Below, in pieces: positions 25,995 to 39,534 of a stretch of 64,000 nucleotides of DNA. Source of the DNA: Malacoraja senta (taxonomy: Eukaryota). Every line of letters begins with the position of its first letter. Position 1 is the stretch's first letter. Position numbers and translations under genes: made by a program. The notes beneath the pieces were generated by a model. The model searched no databases. It had not been told where the DNA came from and worked only from the letters and a program-made list of their open reading frames with translations. The stretch lies in contig CM075990.1 in NCBI GenBank assembly GCA_038087875.1, positions 1,178,001 to 1,242,000 of the forward strand. The letters run 5' to 3'.

Positions 25995-28740
25995 TTTCAT
26001 AAGGTCATATGGAATAGGAATAGAATCAGGCCATCAAGTCTACTCCACCATTCAATCACGGCTGATCTATCTCTCCCTCCTAACCCCATTCTCCTGCCTT
26101 CTCCCCATTACAATAGACAATAGACAATAGGTGCAGGAGTAGACCATTCGGCCCTTCGAGCCAGCACCGCCATTCAATATGATCATGGCTGATCATCCCC
26201 AATCAGTACCCTGTTCCTGCCTTCTCCCCATATCCCATGACTCCGCTATCTTCAAGAGCCCTATCTAGCTCTCTCTTGAAAGTATCCAGAGAACTGGCCT
26301 CCACCGCCCTCTGAGGCAGAGAATTCCACAGACTCACAACTATCTGTGAGAAAAAGTGTTTCCTCGTCTCTGTTCTAAATGGCTTACCCCTTATTCTTAA
26401 ACTGTGGCCCATGGTTCTGGACTTCCCCAACATCAGAAACATGTTTCCTGCCTCTAGCGTGTCCAAACCCTTAACAATCTTATATGTTTCAATAAGATCC
26501 CCCCTCATCCTTCTAAACTCCAGAGTGTACAAGCCCAGCTGCTCCATTCTCTCAGCATATGACAGTCCCGCCATCCCGGGATTTAACCTTGTAAATCCAC
26601 GCTGCACTACCTCAATAGCAAGAATGTCCTTCCTCAAATTAGGGGACCAAAACTGCACACAATACTCCAGGTGTGGTCTCGCACCTCTGACACCTGTACT
26701 AATCAAGAATCTATCTATCTCTGCCATAAAAATATCCAGACTTAGCCTCTACAGCCTTCTGTGGCAAAGAATTCCACAGATTCACCACCCTCCGTCTTAA
26801 GACATTTCTCCCTATCCTCTTCCTAAAAGAACGTCTAATTCCGAGGCTATGACCTCTAGTCCTAGACTCTCCTACTAGTGGAAACATCCTCTCCACATCC
26901 ACTCTATCCAAGCCTTTCACTATTCTGTATGCTTCTATTAGGCTCATTATTCTAAACTCCAGTGAGTTAAGGCCCAGTGCCGACAAACGCTCATCATATG
27001 TTAACCCACTCATTCCAGGGATCATTCTTGTAAATCTCCTCTACACCCTCTCCAGAGCCAGCACATCCAAAATTGCTCACAATATTCCAAATGCAGTCTT
27101 ACCAGCAACTTATAGAGCCTCAACATTACAACCCTGTTTTTGCATACAAGCCCTCTTGAAATAAATGCTAGCATTGAGTTTGCTTTCTTTACGACCGATT
27201 CGACATGCAGATTAACCTTTTGGGAATCCTGCACCAGCACACCCAAGTCCCTTTGCACTTCTGATTTCTGAATTCTCTCCCCATTTAGAAAATAGTCTAC
27301 GCCTTTATTCCTACTACCAAAATGCATGACTCGACACTTTGCTCCACTATATTTAGCAATGTTACAATATTTTGAGATTTTAAAAATAAAGTCTGCAATT
27401 TATCCCATCAGATAAAGCATAAAAAGAAGTTTAATTTGACACTTAATTCACTTTCATATCTTCAGTATTAAAAAAGTTATGGCCATTATCATACTCAGAA
27501 ATTAGCATCTAGTTCCCTATTGCTTTTCCATTGACTTAACACAAAAGCTGTGATCGAGGACAGTTAAAAGCCCATAACTTTCTTAAAAATTATGATAACT
27601 GAAAGAAATTTTCAGTTATTATAGATTGAAGCATTCTGAAACAAATATGAAACAATCTTACTTCGAAGACATGAAAGTAAAGCATATAATTAGTTAGTTA
27701 CCTAATTGTAGCTAATTACAAAATTCAATTACTAGATCTAAACATCTATCAATTTCTTAAGAATAGATTAACATTTTTAAATAGCCTAAGTGTGCAAATA
27801 ACATTCACACAAGAATTCACAATATAACATAATTTTTAAATCTAATTTTCATGAATTTACAGGCCAAATGGAAGGAATTGAATGTTTAATACCTGTAAAT
27901 TAATGGGCATTTAATTCATCTTGTGAGTGAGGATTTCTGGAACACGATCATTTGGAACGTTCATTTGCGGTGAATTTAACCCCGTATTGGCATGAAAAAT
28001 ACTGCCGTTAATTCGGGGAATAAAATCACCGTGTCGCATGAAAAAATGTGAATTAAAGGCTTCTTAAGAAGCACTTTTATACATTTAAAGAAACCACTTT
28101 CGTTTACCTGTCCCGTGTGTGAAATCCGTCCCCGTTATCGGCGTTGACGCTTCAGGAGCTGCTTTTAAAATTACTCTAGCGCTGACATTGACGATTTAAT
28201 AAAAATAAAAAATTCACAAATCGCCACTAGCAACGATTTGTCAGCCAACGCTTGTACTCCAACAAAATATTAACCAGGACAAGGGAGGAGAAACCCGCAT
28301 TTTAACCCCGCCCCCCCTTAAAGGCGCCAAAATCGCGCGCACGGCCAGTGGCAGAATTACAGCGCGACTGAAGGTAAGTTTTGTAACATACCTACTATAT
28401 TCCATCTGCCACTTCACTGCCCACTCTCCCAACCTGTCCAAGTCCTTCTGCAGTCCCTGCTTTCTCTACACTACCTGCCCCCCCCCACCTATGTTCGTAT
28501 TATCTGCAAACTTTGCCACAAAGCCTTCAATCCCTTTGTCCAAATCATTAATATATAATGGGAAGAGTAGCAGCCCCAGCACCGAGCCCTCCACTAGTCA
28601 CTGGTAGCCAACCAGAAAAAGCCCCCATTATTGCCACGCTTTGTCTTCTGCCATCCAGCCAACCTGGTATCCATGCTAGTATCTGCCCTTTGATACTGTG
28701 GGCTCTTCTTCCTAAGCAGCCTAACATGTGGCACCTCATC
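25995..28740 (-). mobile_element. Nested CR1 3' fragments; a DNA transposon is inserted at 27354-28394
   Basis: RPHLEYCVQFWSP and LWNSLPQRAVEA; (GACAATA)n tail at ~26110-26130. Confidence 0.9.
27354..28394. mobile_element. Non-autonomous DNA transposon, TAG...CTA family, copy 1
   Basis: Imperfect TIRs TAGCAATGTTACAA / TTGTAACATACCTA; 7-bp TSD CTATATT; splits a CR1. Confidence 0.9.
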
Positions 28741-28806
28741 ATAGGCATTGTCCTTTCATCGTCCTATGCTGAATTCTAAACTGATCCCAACCCTTAGGTT
28801 GTAGAA

Positions 28807-29375
28807 TCGGAGAACTGCAGATGCTGGTTTACAAAAGGACACAAAGTCATGCAGCATCTCTAGAGAACATGGGTATGTGATGTTGCACGACGGGATCCTT
28901 CTTCGTTGTAATTTGTCATTGTCATTTGTAATTGTCATTCTAATTGTGGTGGGGGGGAAGCTGGAAGAGAGGAGAGGCAGGACAAAGCCTGGTAGGTAAT
29001 AGACCAACACAGGTGAAGAAGGTTTTTTTAAAGTCAGATGGTTGTACAAAGGCCAGTGATGAAAAGACAGAAGGTGTGAGAAATAAGGATTGAAGATTTA
29101 CGAATTGTGAAGCTAGAGGAAGGAATGTAGGTGGAAGGGGAGGGGGAGGGGAGAATGGGGAGGGTGGGTCATACCATTGGCTTACCCAGGTGCTGTTCCT
29201 CCAGTTTGCATGTGATCTCACTCTGACAATGGAGGAGGTTCAGGATAGACAGTACGGTGTGGGAATGGGAATAGGAGTTAAAATGGTTCGCAATGAGGAG
29301 ATCTTGCAGGCCTTGGTGGACCAAGCGTAAGTTTTCAGCTAAACAGTTCCCGAGTCTACGCTTGGTCTTGCCGTG
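28807..29375 (-). mobile_element. Decayed PLE GIY-YIG/3' fragment
   Basis: Minus strand reads GKTKRRLGNCLAENL...NHFNSYSHSH...CKLEEQHL. Confidence 0.75.
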
Positions 29376-29520
29376 TTACGGCCATACTTGCCTTATTATA
29401 TTCTCCGACTTTGGCCCAATATTTTCCCTCATTTCTTTCATGAGCTGCGATTGAGTTACCCTCCCTGATCAATTTTGTGCCTGACAGGAAGGAATGACGG
29501 CTGAAATTAATCTGTACTCT

Positions 29521-30131
29521 TTAGACTTTTGGACTTTAGAGATACCGTGTGGAAACAGGCCCTTCAGCCCACCAAGTCTGTACTGACCAGTGATCACCCA
29601 TACACTAACATTATCCTACACATTACGGACAATTTACAATTCCTACCGAAGCCAATTAACTTACAAACCTGCACGTCTTTGGAGTGTGGAAGGAAACTAG
29701 AATACCCAGAGAAAACCCACGCGGTCACAGGGAGAACGTACAAACTCCGTAGACAGCACCCATAGTCGGAATCGAACCCTGATCTCCGGCGCTGCATTCG
29801 CTGTTAGGCAGCAACTCTACCGCTGCGCCACCATACCGCCTTACACGGCTTGCAGCGCCAAAGACCCGGGTTCAATCCCGACCACGGTTGCTGTCTGTGC
29901 GGAGTTTGTACGTTCTCCCCGTGACCTGCGTGAGTTTTCTCCGAGATCTTTGCTTTCCTCCCACACGCCAAAGACGCACAGATTTGTAGGTTAGTTGTCT
30001 TGCTAAAATGTAAAAATTGTCACTATTGTGTGTAGGATAGTGTTAATATGTGAGGATCGCTGGTCGGCGCGGACCCAGTGGGCCGGAGGGCCTGTTTCCG
30101 CGCTGTATCTCTAAACTAAACTAAACTAAAC
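29521..30131. mobile_element. Head-to-head pair of HE1 SINEs (minus ~29521-29835, plus ~29843-30131)
   Basis: Two near-complete SINEs in opposite orientation, almost abutting. Confidence 0.85.
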
Positions 30132-32409
30132 AAAAGTATTGTGATCGTCCAACTTGAGGAGGGACCATACTGGAGTCTGCAGAGGGAAAGAAGCTTGGCC
30201 AGGTGACTTGTTTCAGTGGAAGAGCATTCTGAGAATAGTGATCACAACTCCATATGTTTAAATAGTTATGATTAAGGATAAGTCTTGACCTTGAGGGTGA
30301 GTGCTTATTTGGGATAAAGCAGATTACAAAATTATTTCACATGAGCCGAGGAGAGTAAACTGGGAGCAGTTGTTTTTGGTTAAGCCCACATCAGATATAT
30401 GAATCATTGAAAGATACAAAATGGCAACATCAAGTCCACACCAACAATCAATCACCCATTCACACTAGTTCTATGTTATTCCACTTTCTCATCCACTCCC
30501 TGCACACTAGGGGCAATTTACAGAAGCCAATTAACCCACAAACCTACAAATCTTTGGGATGTGGAAGGAAACCGGAGCACCTGGAGAAAACCCCCGTGGT
30601 CACAGGGAGAACACGCAAACTCCACACGCAGACAGCGCCCCAGGTCAGGATCGAATCCGGGTCTCTGGTGCTGTGAGGTAGCGCTTGACAAGCTGTGCCA
30701 CTGTTTCACTTTTCCATGAGGGGGTCGTTTAAAGACCAGCTGATCAGAGTTCAGGACCAACACGTTCCAGTAAGGAAGCAGGATAATAAACAGCAAGGTC
30801 GGGGCACCGTGGATGACGAGAAAGGTTATAAATTTGGTGACAAATAAAAAGGAGGCATATGTGAGGTTAGGGAGATCAATTCAAGCAGGGTCTTCAAGGA
30901 ATATAAAGCAAGCGGGCAATTAGGGCCAAAGGGGACCATGAAATTGGTGAGACCATTGGTGAGTCGGATTAAAGAATTTGTGAGGAGATCAGTGCAGTGG
31001 TGAGAAATGATCCTGGCTCGGCAGATTATGACGGAGAATTGGAATCAGTTTGGGTGGAAGTTAATGCAGCAACACGTTGAGGTAACTACCAAATTGTGGT
31101 TGTGATACAGGACATCGGCATTAGATGTGTGTGCAATGAGGTGACACAGATCATGGGGGAACATTAGTCCACAGCTAGATTGGACAAGTCTACTGAATGT
31201 TAACAAGGCGGAAGGTGAATTCATGCAATGTGAACAAGATGGCTCTCTACATCAATCTGTTGGTCTAACAAGGCAAAAGATTATTAGAAAAAAAGACACA
31301 AAGTGCTGAAGTAACTCAGCGGAACAGGCAGTATCTCTGGCAGACATGGATACGTGGCTTTTTGAGTCAGGGTCCTTCTTCAGACACTTTAGATCTTGTT
31401 TGTACAGCAAGAAGTGGTCAATAGAGAAGAATAGCAGAGATTAAATATGGTGACGTTTACTTAAAACTAGTGTTACATTTCTTCAAAGGAAACTGTGAGG
31501 CTGTGAAGGGAGATGGATGTGGTTGATTAAAAAAGCATATTGAAAGTTTAATGACAAAATGCACAAATTGTGGCTGACAGGAGAAATTAAAATAATATTA
31601 CATCAAAAGAAGAGGCTTATAAAATTACCAGAGGCCACTGAGTACTCCATGAAGGTGTGATACAACAACGAAGGACTGTATGGGAGACGGTGGAGCAGTC
31701 TGATGAGAAACAGAAGAATGAAGAACGTCCACGGATATATAACCAGGGCAGAACTGCTGCCTCACTGCACCAGAGACCCAGGTTTGATTCTGATCTGGGA
31801 TGCTGTCCATGTGGAGTTTGCACGTTCTCTCTGAGACAGCGTAGGTTTCCTCCGGTGTTCTGGTTTCCTCCCATATCCCACAGAAGTGCGGGTTTGTAGG
31901 TTAATTGGCCTCTGTAAATGCCCCTAGTGTGCAGGGAGTTGATGAGCAAGTGAGATAATCAAACTAGCGCGAACGGGTGATGGATGGTCGGTGATGACTC
32001 AGTGGGCCAAAAAGCCTGTTTCTATGCTGTGTCTGTTAATCAAAAAGGACTAATATGGGGCCCACACAGGCAGTGTAAGGAGAATTTGTAATGGGAAATA
32101 AGGATATGGCAGAAGAATTAAACATCTATGTCGTGTCCAGCTTCACAAAAACACAAAAGAATTGTCAGAAATACCACAGACCATTGATTCTAGAGAATGA
32201 GGAACTGGAGGAGAGGACGGCGTCAAAAAATAGTATTGGGGAAGTGGATGAGAGTGAAAGCTGATACGTTCTAAGAAACCCTTGGTGTACAAGCCACAGT
32301 TTTGAAGCGGCAAGCTTTAGAGATTCTGCTGCTCTGGATAACATTGTATAAAGTCCTGCAGATTCTCAAATGGTTCCTCAAGAGTGAAGGGGAGAAAATG
32401 TGACTAACA

Positions 32410-33255
32410 TCTTGTACAATATGACCTCCCAACTTTTATACTCAAGACTCTGACTGATGAAGGCCAATGTGCCAAAAGCCATTTTGACCACCGTATCTAC
32501 CTGTGACTTTACCTTCAACGTACCATGCACCTACACTCCTTGATCCCTCTGCTCCACAACACTCCACAGAGCTCTACCATTGTATAGGTCATGCCCATGT
32601 TTGACTTCCCAAAATGCAACACCTCACATTTCTCTGTATTAAATTCCATCAGCCATTCCTGAGGCCACCTGGCCAATCGATCCAGATCCTGCTGCATCTT
32701 TTCACAACTAACATCACTATCCACAATACCACTCACTTTTGTATCATTTGCAAACTTGCTAATCTTGCTATGTACATTCTCACCCAAATCATTGATATAG
32801 ATGTCAAACAGTAATGGGCCCAGCACTGAACCCTTGAGACACACCACTAGTCACAGGTCTCCGGTCCGAGAAGCAACCTTCCACCACCACACTCTGCTAC
32901 CTTTCATGGAGCCAATTTTCAATCAATTCAGCTTTGTCTCCAGGATTCCTTGCGATCTAACCTTCCAGAGCAGCCTACCATGCGTAACCTTGTCGAACGC
33001 TTTGCTAAAATCCATGTAAACAGCATCTACAGCTCTGCCCTCGTCAACCTTTTTGGTCACATCTTCAAAACTCTCTCTCTACTAACTTTCCAACGACAGA
33101 TGTTAGGCTGACTGGCCTATAGTTCCCAGCCTTTTCCCAGCAGCCCATCTTGAATAGAGGCACAACATTTGCCACCCTCCAGTCTTCCGGCACCTCTCCT
33201 GTATTTAATGATGACTCATAAATTTCAACCAGGGCACCCGCAACTTCCCACAGTG
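32410..33255 (-). mobile_element. CR1 RT fragment
   Basis: KGSVLGPLLFDIYINDL, FANDTKV, KCEVLHFG. Confidence 0.85.
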
Positions 33256-35191
33256 GCCTCAGATATGTCTGCTATATCTAGAGATATCTGATATCTCTAA
33301 ACTAAACCAAGTCAGAGGGTAAGATGCAAAAGCAATAGGAAATGTTTAATGTCGGTGTTCAGTGAAGTACAAGAAAAGGGAACATGAAACATAAAAGGTT
33401 TCCATGCTGCATAGAGTTATACAGAGGCCATTTATCAGAATGATGCGTGGATTAGGGAATATTAACTACTGGGTTGGACAAGACGGATGAAAAACATAGA
33501 GACATAGAAAATAGGTACAGGATTAGGCCCTTTGAGCCAGCTCCGCCATTCAATATGATCATGGCTGATCATCCAAAATCAGTATCCTGCTTTTCCCCCA
33601 TAACCCTTTATTCTGTTAGCCCTCAGAGCTATATCTAACTCTCTCTTGAAAACATCCAGTGAATTGGCCTCCAATTCTTTTCTTTGGAATGCCAGAGGTT
33701 GCGGGGAGACCTGTTGTAAAATTATGAGAGACATAGATAGGGTAGAGAGTCAGAATCTATTTCGCCGGATGGAAAAATCAAATACAAGAGGGCATAGATT
33801 AATGTGAGCGAGGAAACGTTGAAAAGATGTGTGGGGAAAGTAATTTACACAGAAAGTGGCGAGTTTCTGTAATGTGCTGCAGGGGTGGTGGTGGAGGCAG
33901 AAACGATAGTAGCATTTGGAGACTTTTGGATAGGCACTAGGATGTGAGAAATGGATAGATATGGATAATGTGCGGGCAGATAAGATTGGCTTTGGCATCA
34001 TGTTCAGCACAGACATTGTGGGCCGAAGGACCTATTCCTTTGCTATACTGTTGTACGTTCTGTTACGGTAGACAGCCCTCAGTATAGAATTCCCCCGATC
34101 CCGAACCAGCCCTTATATACACCCTGGTGGCACATCTGGTAGAGCCCCTACTTCACAGTGCCTGAGACCTCGAGTTCAGTCGTGACCTTGACTTCTGTTT
34201 GTGTGGAGTTTGCACGTTATGGAGTGTCGGGGCACAGTGGGAGCAGGAGGTATTAGGAGATATCTACTCTCGATACCATTCAACTCCAGATCGAACAACA
34301 CCCGCCGAGCAGCTCCAGGAGAGGTTAAAGCTGTTGAAGGAGGGAGAAGGGTGGCACAGTGGCGCAGCGGTAGAGTTGCTGCATTATAGAGCCAGAGAAC
34401 CGGGTTCAATTTCGACTGCACAGAGTTTGTACATTCTCCCTGTGACCGTGTGGGTTTTCTCTGGGTGCTCTGGTTTCCTCCCATACTCCAAAGACGTACA
34501 GGTTTGTGGGTTGATATGCTTCTGTAAATCGTCCCTCGTGTAGTATAGAACTAGTGTACAGGTGATCACTGTTCGGTGCGAACTCGCTGGGCCGAAGGGC
34601 CTGTTTAAACGCTGTATCTCAAAACTAAACATAAAAGGTAGCTTCCGCACTGGGAACCATACCATACTTCTGCTCTGTCACAAACCACCTCATTAATCCA
34701 AAATGTTGTCTTGTTGCTCTTAAGAAGCATCTTGTTGCTCTTAATCTCCACACCGTTACTCATTTTCTGCAAGCTTATCCTTATCAGATTGGAGAGCGTC
34801 AGAAATGTACAAGTTTGCAGCTACACGCATTTCTGCCTCTTATGCTGGGAAGTGTGTGGCTCAGTGGAACAGATCCAGATCAGTGATGAACTTCGTGTCA
34901 TTGCTCACAGAAACCACACGCCATGAGTCGGGCACTTTCAGTTTAGATCTGGTGGACCAGAAACATGGAAATGGGTAGTGGTTTTCACACCGGATACGTT
35001 GGGAGGTGTGAACGCAGCGTGACACAGCACTCCCAGAACGTGGGCGATACACTTTGCTTCCACTGACCCTGGAAGAGTTGAATCGGATGGTGCAGAGAGA
35101 GGGATCTTTGTTCCTCGTCAACCCCTGCCACCCCTTTTTTTCTTTAACTTTTATTACAAATTCACAGTTTACAAAGTACTGCATTGATCAA

Positions 35192-35414
35192 GATAGACAC
35201 AAAATGCTGGAGTAACTCAGCGGGACAGGCAGCATCTCTGGAGAGAGGGAATGGGTGACGTCTCGGGTTGAGACACTTCTTCAGACTGAGAAGGGTCTCG
35301 ACCCAAAACATTATCCATTCCTTCTATCCAGAGATGCTGCCTGTCCTGCTGAGTTACTCCAGCATTTTGTGTCTATCTTCAGTTTAAACCAGCATCTGCA
35401 GTTCCTTCCTACAC
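35192..35414. mobile_element. Fold-back PLE terminus dimer
   Basis: Inverted arms of ~90 nt; TSD ACTGCATTGATCAA at 35178-35191 and 35415-35428. Confidence 0.85.
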
Positions 35415-36653
35415 ACTGCATTGATCAAACCTGCTGTTCCTGCAGTTTGCAAACATCGACCATCATATCACAGCATTGTCAGTCGTATCCATGACGCACT
35501 CGAGCCCCAGCAGCGATTAGCTTAGTTTAGTTTAGAGATACAGCACGGACACAGGCCCTTCGGCCCACCGAGTCTGTGCCGACCAGCGATACCCGTACAC
35601 AAACACAATCCCACACACACTAGGGACAATTACAATTTTACCAAGCCCATTAGCCTACAAAGTTAAACGTCTTTGGAGTGTGGGAGGAAACCGTAGTTCC
35701 CGGAGAAAACCCACGCGGGTCACGGGGAGAACGTACAAACCCCGTACAAACAGCACCCGTAGTCAGGATCGAACCCAGGCCTTTGGCACTGTAAGGGTCA
35801 TAAGGTCATAAGTAATAGGAGCAGAATTAGGTCATTCGGCCCATCAAGTCTACTCCGCTATTCAATCATGACTGATCTATCTCTCCCTCCTAACCACATT
35901 CTACTACCTGCGCCCCGTAACCCCTGACACCTGTGCTAAGCACGAATCTGTCCATCTCTGCCTTCTGTAGCAGAATCTCTACCACTGTACACGTGCCACC
36001 TGCTTAGCATTTTCTCCCCTTGTGCTCCCTCTCCAGGGACATGCGGGCACAGATGTAGACCGCAAAGAGGGCCTGGCAGTCAAAGGGGGCATGACTCTTG
36101 ACTGTTTCCACGCTGTATGATGCTATGAGATTATGACAAGAGTAGGCACCAGGCATGGGGAACAGCCGCTGGTTAACAACCAGTGTCAGCCCTGGCAGGA
36201 AAGCATGAGGCCTTCCAGAACTGCTACTTTCCCCTCAAACTCTGCCCAGTTTGCTGACCAGGCTTCTTGGGTGGAGAAACAAGGAACTGCAGATGTTTGC
36301 TTACAAAAAAAAGGACACAAAGTGCTGGGGTAATTCAGTGGGTCAGGCAGCATCTCTGGAGGACATGGATAGGCGATGTTTCTGGTCATGACTTCGTCAA
36401 GGGTTCGATGTGGAGCTTGGTTGGATTCCTAGAAAGAGGAAGTGCTCTTAGTGCTCCATATAAATGGTCACATCCCCTCCAGCAGGGAATCCACCCACCC
36501 ACCACAGACCAACCAGGGACCCAGAACAATTGTCCCAGTTCATTCGTCAGGAGGGCAGAGCAGGAGAGGCCTTCTAGTACTCACACACTGTCGATGAGAC
36601 ATCACCAAGAGGACCTCTTCATCGGCCAAAGCTGAGAGAATGACTACCATGAC

Positions 36654-37217
36654 GCTGTTCCAGGTGTGGACTGTATATCGGCGAGACCCAGCGCAGGCTC
36701 GGCCATCGTTTCACTGAACACCTCTGCTCAGTCCGCCTGAACCTACCTGATCTCCCGGTTGATAAACACTTTAACTCCCCCTCCCATTCCCACACTGACC
36801 TTTCTGTCCTGGGTCTCCTCCATTGTCAGAATGAGGCCCAGCGCAAATTGGAGGAACAGCACCTCATATCTTGCTTGGGCAGCTCACACCCCAGCGGCAT
36901 GAATATTGACTTCTCTAACTTCAAGTAACCCTTGCTTTCCCTCTCTCTCCATCCCTCCCCCTTCCCAGTTCTCCGACCAGTCTGACTGTCCTCGTTTACA
37001 TTTTATCTCTGTTTGCCTTGTCGTTACCTTCTCCTAGCTAACAATGATCAATTCTACATTTTCCATCCCCTTTGTCTCGTTTTCACACCTTACACATCCT
37101 TATCTCTGTATCTCCCTCTCCCCTGTATCAATCTGAAGAAGGGTTTCGCCCAGAAACGTCACCCGTTCCTTCTCTCCAGTGATGCTGCCTGTCCCGCTGA
37201 GTCACTCCAGCATTTTG
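36654..37217 (+). mobile_element. PLE 3' fragment: GIY-YIG endonuclease C-terminal half plus 3' terminus
   Basis: 36656-36928 reads CSRCGLYIGETQRRLGHRFTEHL...HFNSPSH...RKLEEQHLISCLGSSHPSGMNIDFSNFK*; TSD TGACTACCATGAC at 36641-36653 and 37218-37230. Confidence 0.9.
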
Positions 37218-37570
37218 TGACTACCATGACTACCCTGTCTGGCCCTCCCATAGCCAAACCACCCAACCACCTTTGCAAAGACACACCAAAATGGCTCGAG
37301 AGAGATGGAATAGAGTTGACATGGGCATCCCTGACACACTCCTCTGCCAATATTGGGAGTGTGTGATGGAACAGTGGGGAGGGAAGTTAACTAAGTATCT
37401 AACCGTGACACATCCTATCTTGGGCCTGCAACAAAGCAGCCTCACTCTGTGTCCAACCCTTCCTGTCCCTTCCCCATTGGGTGTGAGGGTCGTCGCGCAG
37501 GCCTGGGGAAGGTGTGAAGTGCACATTCTACACCGATAGTCACACCTGCAACTGTGCTTCCTTCTTGCAG

Positions 37571-37652
37571 CAAGATTACCCCGTGATGACCAGACTCAAA
37601 TCGCTAAACAGCATCGATTCAGGGAGCTGGAGCAGAGGCAGAAGGCTTTCAG
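37571..37652 (+). CDS. ALOX5: ALOX5 coding exon 3
   Basis: Acceptor cttcttgcAG; (A)RLPRDDQTQIAKQHRFRELEQRQKAF(R); 82 nt, phases 1/2 fit exons 2 and 4; donor GTAAAT; not shown in this frame by the ORF track. Confidence 0.95.
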
Positions 37653-37724
37653 GTAAATCATTAAGTCATGGAACAATATTACTCTTTAGTTATTACAGTG
37701 GTTTTGTGTAACAGGAAAACAGAG

Positions 37725-38315
37725 CCACACTGACCCTTCTGTCCTGGGCCTCCTCCATTGCCAGAGTGAGACCGCACACAAATTGGAGGAACATCACCTC
37801 ATATTCCTCTATGGTATCTTACAACCAAATAGTATGAGCATTGAATTCTCCAATTTTACATTGAATTTCTCCAATTCTCCAATTCCAACCCTCCCCCTGA
37901 ACCCTCTCTCACTTTTTCCCTCCTCTCTTCCCTCTGCCCACCTGAATGCAACCTATTTTCCCATTATCCCACCTCCCTTTCCTCTTGCCACCCCGTACCC
38001 CCTGACCCCTTCCATCTATATCCCTCTCTCTGGCTCATATCTCACTCCTCGTCTCTCCTTACCTCACGGTCTTTTGCCTTCTTTTCATCTCTGGCCTTTG
38101 TCTGTCCATCTGCCAGTAAAAACACTCTCACTTGCATCCACCTATCACTAGCCAGACTTTGTCAAAAATTCCCCTTCACAGTGTCACCCTACCACCCGCC
38201 ACACGTTATTCTTCCTCTCCCCATTTCTCTGCCCATCTCCAATCAGTCTGAAGAAATGTCCCAGCCCGAAACTGCACCAATCCATGTTCTCGAAGGATGA
38301 TGCCTGACCTGTTGA
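37725..38315 (+). mobile_element. Decayed PLE 3' fragment just downstream of exon 3
   Basis: KLEEHHLIFLYGILQPNSMSIEFSNF; degenerate terminus CTGAAGAA...CCCGAAAC at ~38248. Confidence 0.75.
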
Positions 38316-39040
38316 GTTAGAGTTTAGAGATACAGCATGGAAACAGGCCCGTTGGCCCACTGAGTCCACGCTGACTAGTGATCACCCTCTATACTCGAAT
38401 TATCCTACACTCTATACTAGAATTATCCTACAGAAGCCAATTAACCTCCAAACCTGTGGATCTTTGGAGTGTGGGAGGAAATTGGAGCAGCCGGAGAAAA
38501 CCCACACAGTCACAGGGAGGTCAAACTCAGTACAGACAGCATCCGTAGTCAGGATCAAACCCGGGTATCTGGCACTGCAAGGCATCAACTCTGCCACTGC
38601 GCCATTGTGCCGCCAATCTGATCTGATGGGATTACAGCAGTGAATGGGTCGGGGTCGTGTGCAGAGGAAAAAAACACTGGAGGTTGCCCAACTGGCATCT
38701 TGAGTGTGGTGGGTGTTGCAGCTTGCTGCAGTCTCACATGCATTCCCCAGGAGAACATAGGTGAATTCCCAGGGTACCAGCTGCCTTCATGACAAATCAA
38801 ATGAATCTCACACATGATTTGTTTATCTAATCCTTGTGGTTAGATTATTTGAATTGTTCACAGTGGCACTTTGTCGTCCTGTTAGGGAGTGTCAGCTAGA
38901 GAGAGAAAGAGAAAGAGGGAGAGAGAGAGAGCCAGTTTCTTTTCTTTCTTTATCAAGGACAATGTCTCACTAATCTGGTTGAATATTTGCAAAATCGCAT
39001 CCGGCAGATTAAACAAGGTTGTTGGAGTCCAAGGGAAAGT

Positions 39041-39534
39041 GGGCCTGTCCCACGAGCATGCTACTACATGCGGCTAGTGCGACCTAACGTGGTCGCTTGA
39101 GCCGTACGGCCTCGCGGGGCCGGTCCCACTTCGATCGCCGGAGCCGTATGGAGTTGTGCGGAGCTGGTCCCGACATCGAGCGGGGCTCCGAAAAACTGAC
39201 ACTGTTCAAAATTTCCACGCGGCAATGGCCTGCCGGCCCGCAGCCACCTCGATGACGTAAGCACTGCCTCGACGGGCGTGCGCAGCGTCTCGACGCCGTA
39301 CACAGCGTCTTGACGCCGTACATCACGCGTGAACTTCCCGCGGACTTTGCTCGAACTTCACGTCACTCACTCGACCTCCGCGCAGCCCCCGCTTCCGGTT
39401 TGGTCGCGCTCGCCGTATGCAGTCGCATGCTGGTGGGACCGGCCCTGTGCGGGGATCACTCGACCTCCGCGCGGCCCCCGCTTCCGGTTTGATCGCGGTT
39501 GCCGCGTGCAGTCGCATGCTGGTGGGACAGGCCC
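39041..39534. mobile_element. CpG-rich MITE, probably PIF/Harbinger
   Basis: TIRs GGGCCTGTCCCAC(G/C)AGCATGC; right flank TTTA; left TSD not evident. Confidence 0.7.

Noticed and set aside
27346..27353. 8-bp TSD (ACTATATT) reading for the TAG...CTA transposon
   Set aside because: Works only for copy 1 by borrowing the terminal A; copies 2 and 3 mismatch at that position, so 7 bp is the consistent length
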